Positions 9,463 through 19,986 of a stretch of 64,000 bases of DNA are shown piece by piece (position 1 is the first letter of the stretch; the number at the start of each line of letters is the position of its first letter). This DNA comes from an uncultured delta proteobacterium (lineage in GTDB: Bacteria; Myxococcota; Kuafuiibacteriia; Kuafuiibacteriales; Kuafuiibacteriaceae). Under the pieces are notes generated by a model. The model was not told the DNA's origin, searched no databases, and saw only the letters and a list, made by a program, of their open reading frames with translations. The translations under genes and the position numbers were made by a program. Where the stretch lies: NCBI GenBank assembly GCA_963803435.1, contig CAWDML010000005.1, positions 64,001 to 128,000 of the forward strand, written 5' to 3'.

Positions 9463-10821
9463 TTGCGGCTGCCCGTGATGAGCGCCGCTCTGCTCGCCCT
9501 GTGCGCCTGCGTGCCCGAGTCGCGGCTCGATCTTCCGCCCGCGCCCGCCGGTGCAAAGTCGGTTTTTTTGGTGGTGAAGGGCGAAGCCGGGAGCCGCGTC
9601 TACGCGGCGGATCTTCGGGAGGGTGAGACGTTCGAGGTGCCGCCGCTCCGGTTCGAGGGGACGCGGGATGCGGAGATCAGCTTCCTCGGGTGCGGGCTCG
9701 CCGACCTTGGCGTCGAGAATGGCGGCACGCCGTTCGCGTCCTCCGATTCGCCGGTCTGGGCCGAAGTCGAGACCGGATACGAGATCCAACTGGACAGCCC
9801 CCGCGATCCACCTCCGCCCGTGACTCCGGTAGAGTCGCTCAGCGGGACCATTGGAGCTTCGGCTACCGAGTGGCTAGAGACGGACGACTCCGTGGACCTG
9901 GGTCTGATGGATCCATGCATGCGTTACCGCGAGATCGATCGGCATGCGCTTGGGCCCGTCGGTAAGCCGACGTGGATGCTCTACGAAGGGAACGATTCAG
10001 TTTTCGTTGGCTCAGGTTCAGCCCCGTTCGTCTTAGCAACAACAGCAACAGCGCATGCCAGAGAAGGGGCGCTAACGCTCCTCGATCTGGTGAAATCGGA
10101 TGATCAATTCGTCGGGTTTCAGGCCGCAGGTGAGACAATCGAGATCTACACCGGCTCGAGCCCCGACGTTCTCGGGGAAGACGATCCGATTGCCATCGAT
10201 CCCGACAACACCTCGATCGCAGCCGTGGGCTCAACCACTACCTTCGACGTTCTCGCGGTCCATGGAAACGGAAAGTACTTGAGACTTCATCCCGACCCGG
10301 AGGAGGACATCGTTCCTTTGGAGCACGAATGCTTTGCCGACTTACCTCTGGTGCCCATTGCCGCCACCCCTCGCGGCTTCGTCACGGGCGCACCCGGCTG
10401 CGATTCGTTGGTGGTATTTGATCCCACTCCACGGACGATCGCACACGGGCTACCGTCGGGACCCTCCGGGTTGGCGTTTGATTCCGATGAGCATTCCCTC
10501 ATCTTGGCCAGCGGCCACGGAGTCTATGCCCTCGAACTGGACGGATCACGCGATCCAACGCCCTTGTCGTCGCGAAGCTCCAAGGGAGCATCCTTCAATG
10601 AAGGGACTCTCGCGGTGACGAGCGCAGACCCAACAAGCGCGGGTGTCTTGCTGCGTTACCGAAATGCCTATCAGTGCTTCGTTGGGCGGAGCGCGGAACA
10701 GGTCAATGCGATTGCGCTTCGGAATGGGCTGATGGTCATCGAGGCGGACAAGGTGGACGGCGAAACGCAATACGTCCTCGTTGTCCTAAGCCTGGATACC
10801 TGTTCAGGCTCGCGGCCGTAA
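9463..10821 (+). CDS. Putative lipoprotein, beta-propeller-like; 3' part has lower GC
   Basis: Lipobox-like LLALCAC and beta-rich sequence. Divergent from the kinase. Start chosen at TTG 9463 (alternative ATG 9478). Confidence 0.6.
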   Translation: MRLPVMSAALLALCACVPESRLDLPPAPAGAKSVFLVVKGEAGSRVYAADLREGETFEVPPLRFEGTRDAEISFLGCGLADLGVENGGTPFASSDSPVWAEVETGYEIQLDSPRDPPPPVTPVESLSGTIGASATEWLETDDSVDLGLMDPCMRYREIDRHALGPVGKPTWMLYEGNDSVFVGSGSAPFVLATTATAHAREGALTLLDLVKSDDQFVGFQAAGETIEIYTGSSPDVLGEDDPIAIDPDNTSIAAVGSTTTFDVLAVHGNGKYLRLHPDPEEDIVPLEHECFADLPLVPIAATPRGFVTGAPGCDSLVVFDPTPRTIAHGLPSGPSGLAFDSDEHSLILASGHGVYALELDGSRDPTPLSSRSSKGASFNEGTLAVTSADPTSAGVLLRYRNAYQCFVGRSAEQVNAIALRNGLMVIEADKVDGETQYVLVVLSLDTCSGSRP

Positions 10822-10907
10822 CATGCACCGCTCCCTTCCTTGAAGGTCACACAGCTTGCTCGAAAGCAGGGGCCTTGTGAAGGGCGGCGGATTGGCCTGG
10901 GAGCTGA

Positions 10908-12419
10908 ATGGGAGCCATCATGATGGGGATGCGCAAGATGCTGATGGGTGTTCTGTTCCTTATCGGCTCGACAGGGTGTCCGCCGGAGTTGGATTGCACC
11001 AGTCCGCACCGCGTGATCAATCCAGGCGGGTCGAATTCCTGGGCTCAGAACCTTTGCGACTCCGAGGCAGCTTGGACTGAGTCGACGCTGAGCATGCTCA
11101 CTCTAACGCTTCCTTGGTTCCTCACCCAGAACCATACGACGGCGGAGCTCAGGCTTACGGCGGATGCGCACGCTCCATCCGGCGAATACATGCTGCCCTA
11201 CGCCTATACCGGACCCGATGGCTCCTTTGGTAGCGGTGCGATCGGCGTTGAGATCCGACTCAAGCCTGGGCACCACGATCTCGCAGTTGCCATCGATGGT
11301 GACGGGTCCGTCTCGAACGAGACGATCGAATGCGGGAAAGGACTCAGCAAATGCGCCGCGTCCTACAGCGAGAGCGAATCCGTGACTCTCGACATCGAGC
11401 CCGAGCCGGGCTGGGAGCTCGGCGGTATCGACAACTGCGGAAGCATGCAGCTCAACCAGGCAAAGATGGTGGGGAACCTGAGCGAAGACATTAGGGAGTG
11501 CCGAATCAGCTTCGTTCGACAATCAGACAAGCGCCTCCTGGGGCTCGCCATCGCGGGAGGTGGAGGAGAGGTCTTGGTCGAATCCGCCGAAGGCACCGAT
11601 ACGTGCACGGACAGCTGCTCGATGGCGTTCGAGATCGGTACGGCCGTGACGCTGACCGCCCAGGATGTCGGGGGCTTTACGTTCGAGCGATGGACCGGAG
11701 ACTGCGCCTCGAACGGGTCCAGAGCGACGATTACAATGCTCCGCGACGCGCAATGCACGGCGGAGTTCAAGCCGCCGAACTCTTCGACCTACACGCTCAC
11801 GGTCGACGTCACGGGCCCGGGATTCGTGTCTGTCCCCAACATGCAGCAGTGCGCGGCGGACTCGTCGTGTGATTACTCGATCTCGGCGAATTCGTCGGTG
11901 CAGCTGACCGCGCATCCCGACGTGGAGCATGACGCCGTGATCGCGCATTGGGGTGGTGCCTGTGGAAGCGGGAATGCGACTATGGTCGGCGTGACGATGG
12001 ACGCCAGCAAGACGTGCAGCGTGGTCTTTGAGTCGACTCACGTCGACTGCACGTCGCCGACGTCGCCGACAGCGGGGAAGATCGTGCTCTACAACTCTTC
12101 GGGGGACCAGATCACGACCATGACGACCGATGATCGGGCGCCGGAGGGCGCGACCGTCTACCAGGTCCATCACGCGGATGGGGTGCTGAGGGCGGTGCCG
12201 ATGGACTTTGCCTCCAATGTGGGCGGGTCGCTGGTCTACGGCTGGGACGATAGCTTCCACTCGACCGCTCCGCCCAACGTCGACACCATTGGTCCGGAGA
12301 TCTCGATCTCGACAGCGACGTTCTTCGAGAACTACCTGTACGGGGTCTATGTCGAGGCGACGGATGCTTGCGGGCTGACCACCCATGCCGAGGTCTACTT
12401 CCTCTTCTTCCAGAACTAA
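10908..12419 (+). CDS. Cys-rich surface lipoprotein with three divergent InlB B-repeat-like (Flg_new_2-like) domains
   Basis: Lipobox STGC. Three repeats of the form L.V.I.G.G.V...C...C...VTLTA....F..W.G.C......M.....C.A.F. Confidence 0.75.
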   Translation: MGAIMMGMRKMLMGVLFLIGSTGCPPELDCTSPHRVINPGGSNSWAQNLCDSEAAWTESTLSMLTLTLPWFLTQNHTTAELRLTADAHAPSGEYMLPYAYTGPDGSFGSGAIGVEIRLKPGHHDLAVAIDGDGSVSNETIECGKGLSKCAASYSESESVTLDIEPEPGWELGGIDNCGSMQLNQAKMVGNLSEDIRECRISFVRQSDKRLLGLAIAGGGGEVLVESAEGTDTCTDSCSMAFEIGTAVTLTAQDVGGFTFERWTGDCASNGSRATITMLRDAQCTAEFKPPNSSTYTLTVDVTGPGFVSVPNMQQCAADSSCDYSISANSSVQLTAHPDVEHDAVIAHWGGACGSGNATMVGVTMDASKTCSVVFESTHVDCTSPTSPTAGKIVLYNSSGDQITTMTTDDRAPEGATVYQVHHADGVLRAVPMDFASNVGGSLVYGWDDSFHSTAPPNVDTIGPEISISTATFFENYLYGVYVEATDACGLTTHAEVYFLFFQN

Positions 12420-12434
12420 CGCCTCGCTCGACGC

Positions 12435-13560
12435 ATGGCCGATCTAGGGAGCCTCGCGGTGCTCGCCGTGTTCACGGCGTACGGTGGCGCTGCGCAGCTT
12501 CACGTGGCGCCGCGGCGGCCGCTGTGGGTGGCAGTGCAGGTGCCGGCGAAGGATCTCGGAGCGACGTCGCTGTCGCGCCTGATCGAGATCGCGACGACGG
12601 TGATCCACGACGAGTCGGATCTTCGGCCGCAGGTGGTCAACGACGCGGTGCTCGAGCGGTGTAGCGCCGAGTCGCGGATCGGAGCGACGGCGTGCCTCGT
12701 GAAGACGCTCCGGGAGGATGAGGCGCCGGGGGAGGTGAGCCGGTTCCTGCTGGTGGTGTCCGCGGTTCGGCCGGACGAGCTGCTCAGCTTGCTGATCGAT
12801 TCGGACGAGGTGCTCCGGGTCTTGGAGGAGTCCGGCGGGATGTCGGAGGCGGATCGGTATGCCGAGATCTCACGGCGCGCGTTGGTGGCGAGCACGTTGC
12901 CGACGCACGTGTCGAACGAGGCCGATGTCACCGCCTACCTGCGGAAGGCTTTCGAGGAGGAGCTCCAGCCGATCCTGAAGGGCGAGCCGCTCGGAGAGCT
13001 CGAGGTTGCGCTCCCGGTCGAGGATGAGGTCGGGGTGGTGATGGATGGCCGGAGGATTGGGCGGGCGGCGGGGAGCGTGACAATCGCGGACGTGCCGCTG
13101 GGGCATCATGCGCTGGAGTTCGAGAGCGAGGGCGCGCCGGTGTCGGGCGTCGGCGTCGATGTGACGACGTCCGAGAGGATGCGCGTCGAGGTTCCGCTCG
13201 GTCCTCCGCCTGGGTACGTGAGCGTGAGCCGGGAAGCGGTGCTCTACGGCGGGCTGGTCGCGGCGGCGGCGGGGGTCGGCGTGCTGGTCGCGTCGTTTCT
13301 GGTGCCCGCCGCGCGCGACTACTGCACGGGCGATGGGCCGTGCACGCCGTCCGAGTTCAAGAGCACCGGTGGAGTCCTGCTCGGTCCGCTCGGATACAGC
13401 CTCGCGGGACTGGGGACGGCGTGGTCGCTGGGTGCGTGGCTGGGCGACGAGCGCTCGTTCCCGTGGATTCGAGCTCCTCTCGGGCGTGGCGGTGTTCGGG
13501 CTGGGATACGGTCTGAGCGTCGCGCTCAACGCGAACGACTGCCGCTGCGACGCGCTCTAG
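12435..13560 (+). CDS. Exported/membrane protein with PEGA-like beta domain and C-terminal TM helices; apparent +1 frameshift at ~13468
   Basis: VVMDGRRIG...TIADVPLGHHALEF is PEGA-like. Removing one T from TGGATTCGAG gives the tail WIELLSGVAVFGLGYGLSVALN...CDAL, ending at the TAG of the CTAG flanking copy 2. Confidence 0.65.
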
Positions 13561-13972
13561 GAGCGTGTAGCGCGTAGCGCTACCGCGAGCCCGGTCCGGG
13601 TCCCGGTCCCGGTCCCGGTCCCGATGGCGATCATGCAGCCCGGCGTGCGTTCATCGACTTGATGAGGCGCGTGAGCATCTCGACAACGCGCTTGAGCTTG
13701 GCTCTGGCGGCTTGGACCTTCTGCTCGTTGGCGAGTCGGCGCCTCAAGCAGGTGTGGAGTGAGGCGGCGGTTCTCGCTACGCTCCTTCTTCAAGGTACGA
13801 GCCGAGTGGACGCTCGTCTGCCTCACCCACAACCTGCTCAAGCTCTACCAATCGACGCTCGAGACCGTCGCGAGCGTCTGACTCAAGGCAGCCATCTTCA
13901 GAATCGGGACCCGGACCGGGACCGGGACCCGGACCGGGGTCGCGTGAGCGCTTACGCGCTACACGCTCCTAG
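13557..13972 (+). mobile_element. Copy 2 of the IS1182/four-helix-bundle element: 416-bp MITE-like deletion derivative
   Basis: Same TIRs and flanking CTAGs. Four-helix-bundle 3' end (13631-~13769, minus) joined to the last ~110 bp of the transposase (to 13881). Confidence 0.9.
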
Positions 13973-16801
13973 CCGAGCGCCTTCGAGATCGCCTTCAAGC
14001 CGGCGTCCACGTCGCCACCGAGATGCACGCGGAGGATCCGTCGCTCGCGCTTGGAGAGGGCCATGAAGTCGCCCGCCTGTTGCGCCGTCTTGAGCGTGCC
14101 GAACGTGAAGCCGAGGTTCGGAACCTCGAAGTCCTCCGGATCGTCCGCGGTGATCTGGACGAACACACCGGTGTTCGGGCCGCCCTTGTGGAGCTGACCC
14201 GTCGAGTGGAGGAAGCGGGGGCCGAAGCCGACGGTGGTGGCGAGCTTCCGCTGGTCGCGGATCTGATGGCGGATGCGGTGCAGCAGAGCTTCGTTCGACG
14301 GGCTCATCTCCAGGTAGGCGTTGAGCGCCACATAGTCGCCGGCGCGGGTGTTCGCGAGCAGCGCGCCCAGCGCGGCGGCGAGGTCGGACTTCCCGGCGAA
14401 CGTGGGCTGGTTGTGGGCGTCGGTGAAGAGCGTGAGCCCCTTCTCCTCGAAGAGCTCGACCTCACCAGGGATTGCGGGGAGCGCGCCCTCTCGCTCGTGC
14501 TCGAGGAGCAGGTTCTTGGTGTAGAGCTTGCTCTCCTCGACGTTCGGCTGGTCGAACGGGTTCAGCCCGAGGACGTGGCCGGCGGCGGCGACGGCGACCT
14601 CCCAGCGGAACATCTCCTGGACGAGGTCGCGGGCGTCGCCGAGCTCGAAGCGGAGTACGGGATGGCCGGCCTTCTCGAGGGCGTCGAGCTTCTTCTCGAC
14701 GTCGTCGGTCTGCTCACCGCCGACCTTGAAGAACGCGAAGAGGCGGTCGACGCCGTATCGATCGGGCGCGCCGAGGATCCTCGCCGTCGATCGGGACGAT
14801 GCCCTTACCCTGCTTGCCCGTGCTCTCGGCAATCAGCTGCTCGAGCCAGGGGCCGAGCGCGGTGAGCTGCGGCGACGCCGTGAGCGTGAGCTTGTCCCGG
14901 CCCGCGAGGGCGAGCTCGCCGAGGATCGCACCGAGCCGGACACCGGGGTTCTGGGACGGTGGGACGGAGGCCTCGCAGCTGCCGGTCATGGTGCGGGCGC
15001 GGTTGAGGAGGTCGACGGGTTCGAGGCCCATGGCGGTGGCGGGGACCAGGCCGAAGGGCGAGAGGGCGGAGAAGCGGCCGCCGATCTCGGGATCGCCGGT
15101 ATACAGCGCGTAGAACTCGCGCTCGAGCGCCAGCGCCTCCAGCTGCGTTCCCGGGTCGGTGATGGCGAGGAAGCGGGCGCCGTCCTGGCCGGTGACCTGC
15201 CAGAAGTACTCCGAGAAGGCGTTGGGCTCGGTGGTGGTGCCGCTCTTGGAGGCGACCGCGAAGACGGTCGAATCGGGATCGATCGCCTCCTCGACCGCCC
15301 TCAGCTGGGCGGGGACCGTGGAGTCGAGGATGACGAGCTCGGCGCTCTCGGGCTGAAGGCCGAAGGTTCTCCGAAAGACCTCGGGGGCGAGGCTCGAGCC
15401 GCCCATGCCCATGAGTAAGACGTGGGTGGCGCCCGCGTCCGCCAGATCGTCCTGAAGCTCGAGCAGGTGGTCCGAGGCGTCGATCATCTCGTCGACGACA
15501 TCGAGCCAGCCCATGCTCCCGCTGACGGCGTCGAAGTCTTCGGGCTCCGATACCCAGAGCGTCGGGTCCCGATCCCACATGCGGCGAACGAAGCCGATCT
15601 TCTGCATCTCCTCGAGCCGGGCGTTCACGCGATCCGCGTGATCACCCAAGGACTCGGTGGTGCGCGAAAGCTCGGGGCCGAGCACGTCCTCGCGCTGCTG
15701 CTCGACGGCGCTCATCAGGCGATCGAAGGCGTCGGCGAAGAGGACGACGCCCTCCTCGATCAGCTTCTCGGTCACCTGCTGCATCGAGATGTCGACCTCG
15801 CCGAGGCGCTTCATGGTGGCCTCGGCCTCCTCCATGCCTTCGAGCAGCCGCGAGCGCGCGTCGCCGTGATCGTGGAATGCGCCGTAGGTGGCCTCGGGGA
15901 CGGTGTTGACCGTGTCGGGGCCGATCAGCTCCTCGAGATAGATTACGTCGCGGTAGTTCGGGTTCTTCGTCGAGGTGCTGGCCCACAGCAGGCGCTGCAC
16001 CCGGGCGCCTGCGTTCGCCAGGGTGCGCCACCGCTCCTGCTCGATCAGCTTCTGGTAGGATCGATACGCCATCTTCGCGTTGGCGATGGCGACGGTGCCG
16101 AGCAGGCTCTCGAGCGCCTTCTTGGTGGCGGCCGGCGGATTCTTGCCCAGGCGTTCGGTGATCATCTTGTCGATCAGCACGTCGATGCGGCTCACGAAAA
16201 AGCTCGCCACGCTCGCGATCCGCGAGATGTCCTCGCCGCGCTCGCGCCGCCGCTCGAGACCCGCCAGGTAGCGCTGGGCGACCTCCTCGTAGCGCTCCAC
16301 CGCAAACAGCAGCGTGATGTTCACGTTCACGCCCTCCGCGATGAGCTCCTCGATCGCGGGGAGGCCCTCCTTGGTGGCCGGGACCTTGATCATCAGGTTG
16401 TCGCGAGCCACCGTGGACCACAGGCGCAGCCCTTCTTCGATCGTCGAGATGGTGTCGTAGGCGAGGTGGGGTGAGACTTCGAGGCTGACGAAGCCGTCCC
16501 GACCGTCGGTCTCGTCGTAGACCTTGCGGAGCACGTCGCAGGCGAGGCGGATGTCTTCGATCGCGAGCGATTCGAACATCTCGAGCGGTGTGGCCCCGGC
16601 ATGCGCGAGGGCCTCGACCGTGGGGCGGTAGTCGTTCGACTTGGAGATCGCCTTCTCGAAGATGGCCGGATTGCTGGTGACGCCCTTGAGGCGGTCCTCG
16701 TGGACCATACGAAACAGGGTGCCGTCCCAGATCATCCCTCGCTGGATATAGTCGAACCAAATGCTCTGACCGTGGTTCTCGATCTCGCGGATCCGATTCA
16801 T
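13969..16801 (-). CDS. Bifunctional transaldolase / glucose-6-phosphate isomerase; apparent frameshift at ~14779
   Basis: Tal motifs GVTSNPAIF, SLEVSP, NLMIKVP, ASFFVSR, LLWASTSTK. Pgi motifs GMGGSSL, SKSGTT, GGRFS, QLIAESTGK, PFDQPNVE, HSTGQLHKGG. One extra C in GAGGATCCTCG splits the frame. Confidence 0.9.
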
Positions 16802-16904
16802 CGCCGCCAGATTCCCAGTGGGATGGGACGGCGTCAACACATGGAAAGAAGCGACCCTTTTTCGGTCCGCCCTGCTATTTTGGGCCCCTGAGCGGGGCCA
16901 GGTG

Positions 16905-17798
16905 ATGTTCTCGTGGTTTGGACTGGGGGCGCTGAAAGCCTCGGACGCGGAGCGGCAGGCCGCGCTCGACGGCGCGCGCATCGAGAGCCTGACCTCGCCA
17001 CGCACGGCCGCCACGATCATCGCCGGCGGGCGGCAGACCAAGGGTGCGCTCCCGGTTCGCTCGGCCCTCTTCGACGCCGCGCTCTACAGCTCCCGGGGGC
17101 GCGGGTACGCCCGCTACAACGAAGACAGCGCGGAGCTGTTCACGGACGAGCGCGGGTACATGTATGCCGCGGTCTTCGATCAGGCGGGCGGCCTCGGCGG
17201 GGTCGTGCGCGGCGAGGCCAGCCAGCTGGCGGCCCTCCGCACGTTCCGCGCCTTTCAGAAGATCGCGACTGGGCGGAACGTCGACGTCGCGCAGGCGATC
17301 TACGACGAGCTCATGATCGCCCACGACGAGCTGATCCAGCGTGCACAAGGTGAGGTCACCACCGCCGTTACGGCCGTCATGGGCGGCGGCAAGATCACCA
17401 TCATCAACTCGGGGGACTCGGGCGCCCTGCACTTCACGGGCGACGGCAAATTCAAGATGCGCACGGAGATGCACGAGCACGATCTGCCGTTCGCCGCCGG
17501 CTGCCTCACGCACGCGGTCGGCCTGGTGCCCGAGGGCGCTGCGCCGGACGCCTACGAGTGGACGTACGCCCCGGGCGACTGGCTGATCCTCTGCACCGAC
17601 GGCCTCCTCGACGCCGGCCTCACCGCAGAGGAGATTGGCCGTGCGCTGGTGAGCGCCGAGAGCGCGGAGGATGCGCTCAACACCGTGTGCAAGCGGGTGC
17701 TCCGGCTCATGACCACGCTGCGAGCGAAGCCGGACAACCTGACCGTGGTCGCGCTCCACGCGGGCGCCGAGGTCAGCGACCGATCTTCTGCGCCGTGA
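16905..17798 (+). CDS. PP2C/SpoIIE-family protein phosphatase
   Basis: YNEDS, VFDQAGG, NSGDS, LCTDGL and PDNLTVV motifs. Confidence 0.85.
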   Translation: MFSWFGLGALKASDAERQAALDGARIESLTSPRTAATIIAGGRQTKGALPVRSALFDAALYSSRGRGYARYNEDSAELFTDERGYMYAAVFDQAGGLGGVVRGEASQLAALRTFRAFQKIATGRNVDVAQAIYDELMIAHDELIQRAQGEVTTAVTAVMGGGKITIINSGDSGALHFTGDGKFKMRTEMHEHDLPFAAGCLTHAVGLVPEGAAPDAYEWTYAPGDWLILCTDGLLDAGLTAEEIGRALVSAESAEDALNTVCKRVLRLMTTLRAKPDNLTVVALHAGAEVSDRSSAP

Positions 17799-19986
17799 GA
17801 ATGCTCTCGAGCACGAACGCGCCGATCATCACCAGGAGCAGGATCGTGGCGAGCGCCTCGGGGCTCACGTCGCCGAGCGCCTTGGCGCGGGTCAGCGCGG
17901 TCGCCTTCGCCTCGCCGTCCCCCTCGCGACGGCCGAGCAGCACCGCCTCGGCCTCCTCCACCGAGAGCGGGCGAAGATCGGACTCGCGGGTGTCGACGTT
18001 GACGGCGAAGCCTTCCCCCTCGACCGGCTCGAGGGGGCCGGCGAACGCGGCCTCGACTTGATAGTGGCCGGGGAGGGCGGTACCGGCGAAGGCGAGGGAC
18101 GGGCCCGCGAGCTCAGGCCCCTCCCAGGCCGTCTCCTTGCCATCGGGCCCCCGGACGACGATCCGGGTGGCGCCTTCGGGGACCTGGATTTCTCGGCGTT
18201 CGCCGATGGCGGTGCGACGAGGATCGGGCTTCGCCAGAGCGTTCCCGAGGTGCAACACCAGCTGCCGCATCAAGGGGACGAAGGCGGGGCGGATCGGGAG
18301 ATCGGTGAGGTCGCGATCGATCGAGCTGGTCATCAGCACGAGTCGGCCTCGACCGGCGCGGTGCTCGATCAGCGCGGGCTGTCCGTCGGAGTACTCGGCC
18401 AGGACCGACATGTCCTTCTGGGCGCCGGGCTGGAGCAGGAGATAGGCGGCGGTCTGCGTCGACAGCAACCCGCTCAGCGCCTCACCGCGGAAGATCTCCA
18501 TGATCGGGTGCTCGAGCAGCGGGTTCGCCAGGGAGACGACGCCGCCCGAGCCGACGGCGGAGCTGACGCTGCTCCCCGACGGCAGCCGCTCCGGGGCGAC
18601 GACCTTCAGCGCGCGCAGCGGTCGGGGGAGGACGCGGCTGAGCTCGGCGTTGTAGAGCTCGGTGTCCATCTCTTCGGTGGCGGAGATCAGGAGACCGCCG
18701 CCCTTCTCCACGAAGTCGGCGAGCCGGGCGCCGTCGCTTCGAGAGAACGCGGGGACGCCTGCGAGGATCACGACGTCGAAGGCCGTGAAGTCGGCGCGCG
18801 GCAGATCGTCGGCGGTGATGACGCGCGGGGGGAGCTGATCGCCGGCGCCGGCGGCGAGCGCGCGTTCGAGATAGAAGACCTCGTCCTCCTTGGGAACACC
18901 GCTCGGTGACCCATCGACGATCAAGGTTCGCACCTGACGGCGTACGTCGACGAGCGCATAGCGGACGTCGTCCTCATAGAGCGCGTCCCGCTCGAGGGTC
19001 AGCTCCACCGGGATGTGCCCCGGGTGATCGAACGACTGGCGGATGACCTTGTCGACGATCGTACCTCCGACCAGATCGACGCTTCCCGTGAACAGATCTT
19101 CGTCCTTGGTCCGGAGCGTGATCTCGGCAGGCTCGGGGTCCTTGTCGCTCTGGGCGGCGTAGGCCTGGATGCGGGCGCGGAACTCGACGGTCCGGGGGGC
19201 CTGGCCGGGGACGCTGGTGGTGTCGAGCGCGGTGATCGCGCGGTTCGTTCGCGCCTCGGGAGGCACCTCCCCGAGGACGTCGATCAGCTCGAGGTGGGCC
19301 CGTCCGACGCCGGGGACCTCGAGATCCGCCGGTCCCTCGAAGGCGGGCTGGGCCATGTCGGTCAGGACCACCACGCGCCCCGTGACCGAGGGCGCGCCCT
19401 CCGCCGGCGCCGGTGTCCCCTCCGAGAGTGACCCCAGGGCCTTCGCGGCGGCGCTGACCGCTTCGCCCAGGCTGCCCACGGCGAAGCTGGGCTCGAGGGT
19501 GTCGAGCGCGGCCAGCAGCTTCTGCTTGGAGCCGGTGGGCCGATCGACGAGCGCGCGCGGCTTGAGCTCTGCGGCGACCAGCACCGCCTGATCCTCCGGA
19601 CCCAGGCGATCGATCATGTTTCGTGCCCGCAGGATCGCGCGGGCGAACGCCGTGGTCCGATCGTAGACGGCGCGCATCGACAGCGACGCGTCCACGACGA
19701 TCGCGACGCGCTGCGGACCGCTGTTCGCGACGGCGAGCGTCTGGTCGTCTCCGAGCAGCGGACCGGCGGCCGCCACCGCGAGCGCCGCCAGCAGCATCAC
19801 CCGGGCCAGGAGGAGTAGAAATCGCTTGAGACGCCAGCGGCGTTGAACGCGCTCGACGCTCCGCATCACCAGCTCGATCGCGGCAAACCGCTGCTTGCGG
19901 GGGCGCCGCTTGTGGATGAGGTGAATGAGGATCGGGACGGCCGCCCCCAGCAGCGCGAACAACATGATCGGCTGCACGAAGCTCAT
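17773..19986 (-). CDS. BatA-domain / vWA / glutamine-amidotransferase-like membrane protein
   Basis: N-terminal VPILIHL double-TM BatA motif, vWA DASLSM, GATase-like DVVILAGV...FVEKGGGLLI, and C-terminal FAVNVDTRESDL plus TM. Confidence 0.85.
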   Translation of the reverse strand: MSFVQPIMLFALLGAAVPILIHLIHKRRPRKQRFAAIELVMRSVERVQRRWRLKRFLLLLARVMLLAALAVAAAGPLLGDDQTLAVANSGPQRVAIVVDASLSMRAVYDRTTAFARAILRARNMIDRLGPEDQAVLVAAELKPRALVDRPTGSKQKLLAALDTLEPSFAVGSLGEAVSAAAKALGSLSEGTPAPAEGAPSVTGRVVVLTDMAQPAFEGPADLEVPGVGRAHLELIDVLGEVPPEARTNRAITALDTTSVPGQAPRTVEFRARIQAYAAQSDKDPEPAEITLRTKDEDLFTGSVDLVGGTIVDKVIRQSFDHPGHIPVELTLERDALYEDDVRYALVDVRRQVRTLIVDGSPSGVPKEDEVFYLERALAAGAGDQLPPRVITADDLPRADFTAFDVVILAGVPAFSRSDGARLADFVEKGGGLLISATEEMDTELYNAELSRVLPRPLRALKVVAPERLPSGSSVSSAVGSGGVVSLANPLLEHPIMEIFRGEALSGLLSTQTAAYLLLQPGAQKDMSVLAEYSDGQPALIEHRAGRGRLVLMTSSIDRDLTDLPIRPAFVPLMRQLVLHLGNALAKPDPRRTAIGERREIQVPEGATRIVVRGPDGKETAWEGPELAGPSLAFAGTALPGHYQVEAAFAGPLEPVEGEGFAVNVDTRESDLRPLSVEEAEAVLLGRREGDGEAKATALTRAKALGDVSPEALATILLLVMIGAFVLESILTAQKIGR

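Noticed and set aside
10833-10900. c-di-GMP-I riboswitch or SRP RNA
   Set aside because: Only a superficial CGAAAG loop; the GCAAA motifs, second stem and SRP consensus are absent.
13969-16801. tal-pgi, rluA, the 1691 kinase and the 12435 gene as true pseudogenes or programmed frameshifts
   Set aside because: Each has a single extra base at GGATC, no slippery sequence and otherwise intact motifs; sequencing error is more likely.
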